Source of the DNA: a virus
Strand: one strand, 5' to 3'
DNA: 64,000 nucleotides
Virus record (IMG/VR): IMGVR_UViG_3300045988_084189
Span: 1 to 64,000 of that record
Shown: in pieces, positions 55,821-63,509 of the stretch
How the letters are laid out: every line of letters begins with the position of its first letter
Numbering within the stretch: position 1 is the stretch's first letter
The notes under the pieces: generated by a model
What the model was told of the DNA's origin: nothing
The model's input: the letters and a program-made list of their open reading frames with translations, nothing else
The model's database searches: none
Translations under genes and position numbers: made by a program

Positions 55821-55938
55821 TTTATTTTACTCCTTCCTATTCTCACGCCTTCAGCGCCTCTTCACGGACTTTTCAGCGCGTCGGCATATAGTTTGACGTT
55901 TTTTTCTGTTTGTGGCGTGACGGGCCTTCTATGCCGTT

Positions 55939-56112
55939 TCAGGCGGTATAATATCCGCGCCTGTATAACTCCGCTTCTGCTTCTCGCTCAGCTTTGCAAT
56001 CTTCAGAATACAATGCGCCCGGCATTGGTTTATTACATGCGCGGAAATATGCGGCACGATCCCGCGCCCATTGTAGCACGTCCAGCAGTTCGTCAATGGT
56101 ATATTTCTCCAT
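55939..56112 (-). CDS. small hypothetical protein
   Basis: The ATG (MEKYTIDELL) follows AAGGAGG+8 nt. Confidence 0.45.
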   Translation of the reverse strand: MEKYTIDELLDVLQWARDRAAYFRACNKPMPGALYSEDCKAEREAEAELYRRGYYTA

Positions 56113-56125
56113 GGTAAAATCCTCC

Positions 56126-56311
56126 TTAGCAGTATTCAAACGTCAACTTGTCATAGTCGTAAATTGTAACATATTTGACGGGGATTGATGCAATTTCAAT
56201 ATGTTTTACGCTTCTCAAGTGATTTCTCAATGCTTTTTGATTGGAAAATTTTGTGGTAGTAAAACAGTATTCCCCATTGATATAGCAACGAATTTTTCTA
56301 GTTTTTTCCAT
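56126..56311 (-). CDS. small hypothetical protein
   Basis: 61 aa with an AAGGAGGA RBS. Confidence 0.45.
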   Translation of the reverse strand: MEKTRKIRCYINGEYCFTTTKFSNQKALRNHLRSVKHIEIASIPVKYVTIYDYDKLTFEYC

Positions 56312-56325
56312 AATAAAATCCTCCT

Positions 56326-56550
56326 TTATTTACAATTTTTTACAATAAAATCCATTGCTTCTTCTTCCGTATCAAATGTTTTTACCTTATTTTCCCAAGT
56401 TTTGCAAGTATACGGATTTCCAGCCCATGCAACAAAATAAGGATTTTTTACGCCTCTGCAATGATATTCCAAAATGCCAACATATCCATCTTTTGAATGA
56501 ATATAATACGTATCAAAATAAGCATTCCCTTGTCTGTAAATCTTTTCCAT
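56326..56550 (-). CDS. small hypothetical protein
   Basis: 74 aa with a GGGAGGAGGA RBS. It ends ...VKNCK. Confidence 0.45.
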   Translation of the reverse strand: MEKIYRQGNAYFDTYYIHSKDGYVGILEYHCRGVKNPYFVAWAGNPYTCKTWENKVKTFDTEEEAMDFIVKNCK

Positions 56551-56569
56551 GATAAAAAATCCTCCTCCC

Positions 56570-56776
56570 TTATTTACAATTTTTTACACTTTGCACCCGC
56601 TCAATCACATTGTAAAAAAGTGGTAGAATTTCGGCGGGCGCGGGCTTGTTTCTTGACACTGGCAATAATTTACAAATTTGTAAATAATCTGCATCACTAT
56701 CAATATGGTAGTTTATTGAATCTGCCAATTTCTGGAGTTGGTATAATTTTGAATCCCAGTATTTTACAGTGTGCAT
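56570..56776 (-). CDS. small hypothetical protein
   Basis: 68 aa with an AGGAGG RBS. It also ends ...VKNCK. Confidence 0.45.
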   Translation of the reverse strand: MHTVKYWDSKLYQLQKLADSINYHIDSDADYLQICKLLPVSRNKPAPAEILPLFYNVIERVQSVKNCK

Positions 56777-56904
56777 ATGTTAGCCTCCTAAAATCATATT
56801 GACAAGATATGGAATCCAAAACAAGCTGGAAATTGCTACCAGACCACCCAAATACTGGAAAATCCAGTAAATGGGATTCAAGCGGCGCTTGCGTTTCCTA
56901 TTTT

Positions 56905-57255
56905 TTACCAACATAGCAGCACGTCCTCCATATCATTATCTTTGCAGAATCCGCACGCCGTAAAATCAGCGCCGGAAATTTTCCATGTTTTCCCCCATTT
57001 TTCAGACTGGCCATATTCAAGCGTTGCGGGCTGGAGCGCGTTTAATTCCTGCATGCGCTTTACAAGTCTATCGCGCATTGCGTCATATTGCGTTGCCGTT
57101 TCCAGCTTCAAACCGCGCCGCAACTTATGATCGACAATGCACTCTGCAGCAGCTTTTAACATTCCTGCACTACGCTTTTTTGCGTCAGTGCGAAAGAAAA
57201 AATCCGTCTGCGTCATAGCGTCGAAAGTGGCGTATCCCTTGTAAATTTGTTCCAT
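56905..57255 (-). CDS. hypothetical protein
   Basis: 116 aa with an AAGGGGA RBS. Confidence 0.45.
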   Translation of the reverse strand: MEQIYKGYATFDAMTQTDFFFRTDAKKRSAGMLKAAAECIVDHKLRRGLKLETATQYDAMRDRLVKRMQELNALQPATLEYGQSEKWGKTWKISGADFTACGFCKDNDMEDVLLCW

Positions 57256-57334
57256 TGTAAAAAATCCCCTTTTACTAAAAAATGTTAATGGAGTGCCGCT
57301 TTTTTACGGAAAACGGCCTAGAAAACCGCGTGCT

Positions 57335-57883
57335 TTATTCAGCAAAAAGATTTTTAATTTCTTCCAGATCCTTTTCCGGAATGTTGTCAATCACCCATCC
57401 ATGACCGTATTTATACGGTTTTCCGTCAGCTTTACGGGTACCGATCAAATCAGCGTTTAGAGGTACTTCATACAGTCCACAATTTTTCAACATTTCACAA
57501 GCTTTTTTATAATCGTATTTGTTGCCATTAGCTTCCCATTCTGAAATAGCTTTTTCCTGTTCGGGCGTTCCGGCGTGCATACCGTTCAAGTGATATTTTT
57601 TCCAAAAAGTATAGATTTTTTTGAAAAGAGGCGTTTTAATATATTTTGCAATTTCATCGAGATTTTGACCACCCGAATAAATATCAGAATGACAATGATT
57701 CCAGATACTCCCGCTTGCCGTAAATTCAACATATTTATTGCAATATTTTCCGGTGAAATTGCCGTCTTTATCAAAGACTTTTTCTCCACCCTTTTCTTCC
57801 AGACAAACAGTCACATCAACAGCACAATCTTTCCGGCCTCTGCACATATAGTCGATTTTGCCAAAATTAAAAGTTTTTTTCAT
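57335..57883 (-). CDS. hypothetical protein
   Basis: 182 aa with a GGGAGGA RBS. No motif I can name with confidence. Confidence 0.5.
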   Translation of the reverse strand: MKKTFNFGKIDYMCRGRKDCAVDVTVCLEEKGGEKVFDKDGNFTGKYCNKYVEFTASGSIWNHCHSDIYSGGQNLDEIAKYIKTPLFKKIYTFWKKYHLNGMHAGTPEQEKAISEWEANGNKYDYKKACEMLKNCGLYEVPLNADLIGTRKADGKPYKYGHGWVIDNIPEKDLEEIKNLFAE

Positions 57884-57907
57884 TTTTTTGTTCCTCCCTA
57901 AAATATG

Positions 57908-58120
57908 TTAGTTTTCAAATTGCTTCCGGAACTCTTTTTGATGGCGCGTTGTTGTATTGCTCCATTTTCCAAGCTCTTCCACCTTGCCATTGATGCAGCG
58001 GGAAACGATAGTATTATAACTCTGGAGTTCAAAAGTTCCGTTTTCATGATCGATAACGTGCGCTTTTCCATAAAAGCTCTTGCGTGCATCGAATTGGGGT
58101 TCAAGTGCATAAATTCTCAT
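57908..58120 (-). CDS. small hypothetical protein
   Basis: 70 aa with a TAGGAGGA RBS. This frame is preferred to the overlapping 57898..58110. Confidence 0.5.
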   Translation of the reverse strand: MRIYALEPQFDARKSFYGKAHVIDHENGTFELQSYNTIVSRCINGKVEELGKWSNTTTRHQKEFRKQFEN

Positions 58121-58168
58121 GGTTTTGTTTCCTCCTAAAATGTTTTTTTTGGATCTTATGAATATAAT

Positions 58169-58333
58169 TTAATTAAAATAAATAACTTTAGTGTTACAAC
58201 CCATAAGATTAATAAGCCACTCTGTAGAAAAATTAAAAGTAACAGATTTATTTCTATAAATAATGTTTGTATATGCAGGTTTTCCGATGCGGATATATCC
58301 GTTTTTGATGCAAAAATATTTAGCCTTAAACAT
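58169..58333 (-). CDS. small hypothetical protein (54 aa)
   Basis: The ATG follows GAAGGTGG+4 nt. The sequence is MFKAKYFCIKNGYIRIGKPAYTN... This is a different frame from track ORF 58156..58341. Confidence 0.35.
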   Translation of the reverse strand: MFKAKYFCIKNGYIRIGKPAYTNIIYRNKSVTFNFSTEWLINLMGCNTKVIYFN

Positions 58334-58366
58334 AATACCACCTTCTAAAATATTTTGTTTGTTTGT

Positions 58367-58573
58367 TTACTGATAATAGCGGCGGGTATAGCAGCTCCCA
58401 CGATACGAAAGAAATTCTTCTTCTGGTTCATTGCTACGTTCGTACCAGACTTCGCAAAATTCCGGGCGCGTGCGGTGGATGTTCTTGCAAAGTTCCTTTG
58501 CCTCTGCCGATGTCTTTCTGGTTCCAAAATGCGTTTCCGTATAATCAGCGCGACGTGCAAAAACATAATACAT
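58367..58573 (-). CDS. small hypothetical protein
   Basis: 68 aa with a GGGAGGA RBS. This frame is preferred to 58345..58566. Confidence 0.5.
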   Translation of the reverse strand: MYYVFARRADYTETHFGTRKTSAEAKELCKNIHRTRPEFCEVWYERSNEPEEEFLSYRGSCYTRRYYQ

Positions 58574-58861
58574 TTTAATTTCCTCCCTAAAAATTTTTAG
58601 TATGACATAGCGCTTTTTTTATCTGGTAAAAAACGCTTGAGAAAAACGCCCTTGCATATCGTATCAAATGCAAGTTTGATATATGCGAACTATACGCGTC
58701 GCATATCACGCTAAAAATTTTATCCTCCTATTTTTTGGTTATTTTGCCCGCTTGCGTCGCAATACTGCCTTTATCAACTAAGCGGGACTTTTCATGTTAT
58801 TCACTTGCCAAGGTACAACCGGCGCTTCGTGCCGTGTCGTTGTTTCGCTCTGTATGCTTTC

Positions 58862-58889
58862 ATTATAGGCATATAGCCGGAAAAGTCAA
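58862..58889 (-). promoter_or_regulatory. sigma-A type promoter (TTGACT-N16-TATAAT)
   Basis: Minus strand: cTTGACTtttccggctatatgccTATAATga, ~280 nt upstream of the first island gene. Confidence 0.5.
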
Positions 58890-59271
58890 GAGCTCTGTTA
58901 TAAAAATATTGCACAAAAAAGTACGGCTGATTTTATGCAAATTTACGAAACGGATATTATATATATTATAGTATATAATAGCTGGACAACGATAAAAGTA
59001 TATAATGCCGCTCAGAGGCGCTCAGAGCCGTTTTAAGCGGTTTTTATGTTCAGACGTAAAATCATACGGCGAAGAAAAGTATTCCGTTATACATATTTTA
59101 TACAGTTTCAATATTCATTATTTTAATGGTAAATAGCTATGATATGCACTCAAAAAGTTAGAATATACTAGAATTGTATTGATTATTGTATAGTTATGCA
59201 ATGAATATACTGTATAGATATACATTTCTGTATTATTAAGAATTATTCTTATTATTGAATCAGTATAATTA

Positions 59272-59404
59272 TATCGATATTGATTATTGTATATTTTTAT
59301 CGATATATTATATCGATATATATAGCCATATAGTGTACTGATTATAATAGTTACAATATAGTTACAATGTGTTGCATAGTGGTATCAGTATTTGAATATC
59401 GATA
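59272..59404. repeat. cluster of four TATCGATA palindromes
   Basis: Copies lie at 59272, 59298, 59311 and 59397. They are interspersed with the repeated GATTATTGTATA and AATTGTATTGA motifs. Confidence 0.7.
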
Positions 59405-59765
59405 TAATTGTATTGAATATGACTGTATCTTGTGTAGTGTATTAGATATACTAATTGGTATAATATGGATAGTTTAGTAAATGGTGTTTACTGGTAGGAG
59501 TAAGTGGTGTTTACCAAAAATCATATAATGTGTAACGCGTACGCGCGTATGAACTGTATTAATTCGATTGATACAGTTGGAAAAATTTTGTTCTATAATT
59601 GTAGAATAAGATTGACTCGCATAATCATGCGATAGATATCGCATTTTCATATGAAACAGTGGGAAAGTGCTATTTTCCGGCGTTTTTGATATTAGCAGTA
59701 TTTTACAGGACGGGGGCATGGTTATGGATGAAGATGGTAGAAATGGATGAAATTGGCATTTAGCA

Positions 59766-59935
59766 CAACAATTCACACACCATGTAATCATGCACATTCT
59801 GTCTATAACACTATAACAACAAACCACATAGTCTGTAATATCATACAGACTCCAACAAACTACACAACCTGTAATCAGATATGTTTTATCATCAACAACA
59901 AACCTAATACCATGCGATCAGGATTATCACACAGA
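59766..59935 (+). repeat. four degenerate ~40-nt CA-rich direct repeats (iteron-like)
   Basis: Units start near 59766, 59816, 59854 and 59894, with a core like AACAA(C)AAAC..ACA...(C/T)TGTAATCA. The + strand is G-poor. Confidence 0.5.
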
Positions 59936-60038
59936 TATGAGTTGGGGGGATTTTTATTTCTCTTATAAATATCAAAAATTTTCCCCCATACGCTATAGTA
60001 ATAATTTACAATTCGTTAACAAATAGATGATTAGAATA

Positions 60039-60047
60039 TGGTATAAT
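60039..60047 (+). promoter_or_regulatory. extended -10 promoter candidate for gene 60182
   Basis: TGgTATAAT with no good -35. Confidence 0.35.
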
Positions 60048-60072
60048 TGTTATAAGATTTAGATGAATTTAA

Positions 60073-60160
60073 TTTTTGTCTAAATCGTGATACTAATATA
60101 ATACGCAGTATTATTATAGTATCATCACTTAGACAAAAATTTTTTTCATTTAGACAAAAA
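60073..60160 (+). promoter_or_regulatory. operator or leader hairpin: three copies of the 11-mer TTAGACAAAAA
   Basis: An inverted copy lies at 60073-60083 and direct copies at 60129-60139 and 60150-60160. The first two flank an imperfect palindrome, and a T7 run follows at 60140-60146. Confidence 0.55.
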
Positions 60161-60181
60161 TGTGAAAGAGGCTTATTTTAT

Positions 60182-61210
60182 ATGAGAAAACAAAATATCA
60201 AACAACCAACAGGCGCTGAATTGATTAAATCATTAGAAAAGGTAGAAGGGCGCGAATTAAAATATCAAGACTTATGCAAAGCGCTTAATTTAACACCAAA
60301 AGGCGGCTGTTCGAAAGTAACGCAACTTGATAACATTAGAAATTATTGTCAACTAGATACGCTAGAACATCCTACCCGTTATATTGTCCAAGAGGTATAT
60401 CCTGAAGCAGATGCCCTTATCAATGAGCTAGATAAAGATTCATATCAAGCCGCATTTGAAGCCGCCCTTTATCAAATATTTCTAAAGACAAACTGCGCCA
60501 CTATATATGCGTCAACCAGCAATCTACTTAGAATGTTCCAAGAGGTCAATGATAATTTTAGCTATACATATAGCCAAGCCGTAGAAAATTCAGAGCATTA
60601 TGGCTATATGAGTTTAGTCAATGGCGTTGTATATAATATTCTTGCTCAATGGACTAGGCGCAAATTGCTAACCATGAAAAACCGCTATGTCATTGACTTG
60701 AATAGAGGCTATCGGCTCTATAAGCAAAGAAGCAGCCCAGAAGGAAAAGAAACATGGCTCGAAACATATGACGTACCAGAAGATAGCTCGGATCATCAGA
60801 TTTGTCTTTCTATCCATTCTAAAGCCGTCAATGAGATAATGCCGCCAAATTGGGGTAAGGTTATAGATAATAGGGTCTACAAGCCATATGTGTCCACAGA
60901 GCAATATAAGGCGTTTGAGGCGCGGCTTGCTCAATTAACTCAAGAGGCATTTGGCGGCGAATATGTCAAAGTCAAAGAAGTCTATATCATCAAACCAGCC
61001 ACAAAGGAATGGATAGCTAATCGGTTATTAGATGTCTATGAGCATTATCCTAGCTTTGAAAAAATCAATAAAGAGGCTTGCGCTAAGATTATTCAGACCA
61101 GCCAGCTTAGTTGTATCACAGGCAAACAGCGGCGCGAATTTGTTGATATCAATATGAGCAATAAGCAGAGCGACAAGCTCAAGGATTTAGTCACTAGTGA
61201 AAAACAATAA
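60182..61210 (+). CDS. hypothetical protein, possible DNA-binding or initiator protein
   Basis: 342 aa; the only + strand gene in this part of the window. It is adjacent to the iteron-rich region and has an HTH-like N-terminus (LKYQDLCKALNLTPKGG). The function is inferred from context only. Confidence 0.35.
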   Translation: MRKQNIKQPTGAELIKSLEKVEGRELKYQDLCKALNLTPKGGCSKVTQLDNIRNYCQLDTLEHPTRYIVQEVYPEADALINELDKDSYQAAFEAALYQIFLKTNCATIYASTSNLLRMFQEVNDNFSYTYSQAVENSEHYGYMSLVNGVVYNILAQWTRRKLLTMKNRYVIDLNRGYRLYKQRSSPEGKETWLETYDVPEDSSDHQICLSIHSKAVNEIMPPNWGKVIDNRVYKPYVSTEQYKAFEARLAQLTQEAFGGEYVKVKEVYIIKPATKEWIANRLLDVYEHYPSFEKINKEACAKIIQTSQLSCITGKQRREFVDINMSNKQSDKLKDLVTSEKQ

Positions 61211-61268
61211 AAAATCTGCCCCAATTTATTCCCTGCATATATAGGGTCTTGGGGCAGATTTCATTTTA
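61207..61268. terminator. bidirectional terminator between convergent genes
   Basis: 12-bp stem aatctgccccaa/ttggggcagatt with an inner hairpin. An A-run precedes it and a T-rich run follows. Confidence 0.7.
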
Positions 61269-61580
61269 TTCAGTTGTATTACAAGTCGAACCTTCATCAT
61301 AAATGAACGGAGGGTCTCCTGTATTCACATACGTTTCTCCATTCCACACGTATTTTTGACCAGTGGAAATTTCGGCGCTTCTCCAATTTGTCACAAATTG
61401 CTTATATTTGCATCCTAGCGTCGTTTCTACACATTCAGGCCAATTTGCATTTTCTCTTAGTTGTTTATATTCTGCTTCAGCTCGTTTTACATCTTCACTA
61501 AATTTGCAAATGCGCCAATTCGAGCATCCATCGCATACTGACACGCTAACTTTATCATTTAGTAACATATAACGTACCAT
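61266..61580 (-). CDS. hypothetical Cys-rich protein
   Basis: 104-aa ORF. Confidence 0.45.
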   Translation of the reverse strand: MVRYMLLNDKVSVSVCDGCSNWRICKFSEDVKRAEAEYKQLRENANWPECVETTLGCKYKQFVTNWRSAEISTGQKYVWNGETYVNTGDPPFIYDEGSTCNTTE

Positions 61581-61818
61581 CCTTATTTAATCTTGGCGTG
61601 ATAGCAGTACCTCTAGGATAACCACGTGCTTCGCCGCCAACGACGATATAATTAACGCCTGTTTCTTCATCTACTACTGTCAGCACATCATATGAGCCAT
61701 TAGTGTTCTCAGCCCAAATCTTGATCGGACGATTCTGCTCTGCTCCAACCATCGTAACGCTGCAAGCACCAAGAACGACACATAAAATCATGCAAGCAAT
61801 AATTGCAATTCGCTTCAT
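61555..61818 (-). CDS. small lipoprotein
   Basis: Signal peptide with the lipobox LGAC. 87 aa. Confidence 0.5.
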   Translation of the reverse strand: MKRIAIIACMILCVVLGACSVTMVGAEQNRPIKIWAENTNGSYDVLTVVDEETGVNYIVVGGEARGYPRGTAITPRLNKDGTLYVTK

Positions 61819-62085
61819 CTATTCTTTCTCCTTTCGTTTTTCAATCGCTTTCTTTACTTTATCCTTACATTCATCAGGCACTCCATATCCATCTGCAAAT
61901 CCACCCATTTCCATTAGATTATCTGGCGCATCTCTGAACATCCTGAGAAAAGCCATATAATCCTTTCCGGTTGTTAGCTTATATGCTTTCATTTGTTGTT
62001 CATGACGCTCCAACCAATCCACTACATCACGCAACGCTTTACGATATGCTTTGATGTATTGCAGTGGGATTTCGTTAGTATTCAT
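61819..62085 (-). CDS. hypothetical protein
   Basis: 88-aa ORF. Confidence 0.45.
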   Translation of the reverse strand: MNTNEIPLQYIKAYRKALRDVVDWLERHEQQMKAYKLTTGKDYMAFLRMFRDAPDNLMEMGGFADGYGVPDECKDKVKKAIEKRKEKE

Positions 62086-62381
62086 ACTGGTTTCACCACC
62101 ATCAATGTTCCGCGCAAAATTCCATCATCTTCATATTCATATTTAATACAATTTCCATCTTTGATACCTTCCATTAAGTCGTTGAAAATATGTGCTTTAG
62201 CCAGTTCTATGCTAACTTGTGGGTCGATATGTCCAATAGAATCAACCCAATATTGTGATCTAATCATTTCAACAGGTCTTGTTATTTCAATAAGAGTTCG
62301 CTTATATTCATTACATTTGATACATGGCGCGACACAACCGCCCAATTTTCTAATTAGCCAACATTTGAATTTAGTCCACAT
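62082..62381 (-). CDS. hypothetical protein
   Basis: The ATG (MWTKFKCW) follows AGGAGAAAG+4 nt. Confidence 0.45.
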   Translation of the reverse strand: MWTKFKCWLIRKLGGCVAPCIKCNEYKRTLIEITRPVEMIRSQYWVDSIGHIDPQVSIELAKAHIFNDLMEGIKDGNCIKYEYEDDGILRGTLMVVKPV

Positions 62382-62625
62382 TTTTCTTTCTCCTATAATT
62401 ACAAAATCCATTTGGTTCAGGGTCGTCTAATCCAAATGGATTAAGACAATATGGTACATTTTCGTCATTTAATCTAAAATATTCACAATCTTGACATCTC
62501 ACTACCTGAATCGCGTCAACAGTCGAGCAATTTTGTAGAAAGTTGAGAATACTGTGTCGTTCTTTTGCATCAAGAATGTGTTCAGACACCCACTTAGCTT
62601 CTTCATCAGCATCAATCAGCCGCAT
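62371..62625 (-). CDS. hypothetical protein
   Basis: 84-aa ORF. Confidence 0.45.
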   Translation of the reverse strand: MRLIDADEEAKWVSEHILDAKERHSILNFLQNCSTVDAIQVVRCQDCEYFRLNDENVPYCLNPFGLDDPEPNGFCNYRRKKNVD

Positions 62626-62628
62626 TTA

Positions 62629-62907
62629 TTAATCCTCCATATCTTTTACAGGATTACCTTCTCTGTCTGTAAGCACACACCAGCGTTTTACCTCTTCCCA
62701 TTGAATATAATCCATATAACTTTCTGTTTCCCAACATTCTAACAGATTGTTGTAACAAGCGACAATAAAATCATCATCGTTATGTGAATACAAACTATTT
62801 GGGATTTCTTTCGTTTGTAAGATATGATATGCCCCACTAACAGGCCAAGCGTTGTCTTTGGATGGATACCACCCATCATCTTTAAGCGTTGGATGATGCC
62901 AAATCAT
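62629..62907 (-). CDS. hypothetical protein (DUF551-like?)
   Basis: 92-aa ORF. Confidence 0.4.
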   Translation of the reverse strand: MIWHHPTLKDDGWYPSKDNAWPVSGAYHILQTKEIPNSLYSHNDDDFIVACYNNLLECWETESYMDYIQWEEVKRWCVLTDREGNPVKDMED

Positions 62908-63089
62908 TTATCAATTCTCCTGTTCCATGCTTCCATTGCATCGATTTTTCTAAAATAATCCTGTGTCTCTACGTTACAATTTGCGCATTTAACATGATAC
63001 GTTTCGCCAGTATCCCAAAATGAATCTTTTATTCTAATAATGTCAATCGATTTACAGCCGCAGAACGGACACGGCTTCAGTCTAATCAT
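62904..63089 (-). CDS. Lar-family restriction alleviation-like protein
   Basis: 61 aa. LKPCPFCG...CANC...EAWNRR matches the Lar family pattern, from memory. Confidence 0.55.
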   Translation of the reverse strand: MIRLKPCPFCGCKSIDIIRIKDSFWDTGETYHVKCANCNVETQDYFRKIDAMEAWNRRIDK

Positions 63090-63092
63090 TTA

Positions 63093-63509
63093 TCAATCAA
63101 TCCTTTCTTCAGCAATTCCATCAGCTGTACTATAACAAATATGCTTAATTCCCAATTCTTTTATATATTTCATACAAGCAGGACATGGACGCGCCATTGC
63201 CTTATTGCCATTTGCATATTCACGATATACATACAGCGTTGATTTGCTAAAATCAATATCCAGATATTTTACTTTACTTAATGCCCTGATTTCAGCATGG
63301 AGCGAATTTACCACGCCGCTCTGATTTGGGTCAAATTCACGCTCTGCATTAAGCCGCTTCTGCAATGGGCTTGTTTTGGTGCTATTGCATCCAGTAGCAA
63401 GCAATACGCCCTTATAGTACAGAGCTGCGCCAAGATGGTATCTAGGAAATTCAGATTCTTTGCTTGCTCTACAAGATGATTCAATGCCGCGCTTAGTTCT
63501 CTGGTTCAT
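63093..63509 (-). CDS. dCMP / cytidine deaminase family protein
   Basis: Zinc-binding motifs HAE (HAEIRAL) and PCxxC (PCPACMKYI). Confidence 0.8.
   Translation of the reverse strand: MNQRTKRGIESSCRASKESEFPRYHLGAALYYKGVLLATGCNSTKTSPLQKRLNAEREFDPNQSGVVNSLHAEIRALSKVKYLDIDFSKSTLYVYREYANGNKAMARPCPACMKYIKELGIKHICYSTADGIAEERID

Noticed and set aside
56803-56901. 33-codon TTG-initiated hydrophobic ORF between island genes
   Set aside because: The RBS is weak and distant, and the start codon is non-ATG. The evidence is insufficient.
57898-58566. Alternative frames 57898..58110, 58156..58341 and 58345..58566
   Set aside because: In each case the competing frame has the start codon correctly spaced from a strong GGAGG-type RBS.
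59474-59827. 117-aa minus-strand ORF in the control region
   Set aside because: It has no RBS, a Cys/Ser/Thr-rich nonsense-like composition, and it spans repeat and palindrome elements.
59766-59935. CRISPR-like mini-array
   Set aside because: The four units are degenerate, have no clean repeat/spacer alternation, and no cas genes or leader are present. They fit iteron-like or low-complexity repeats better.
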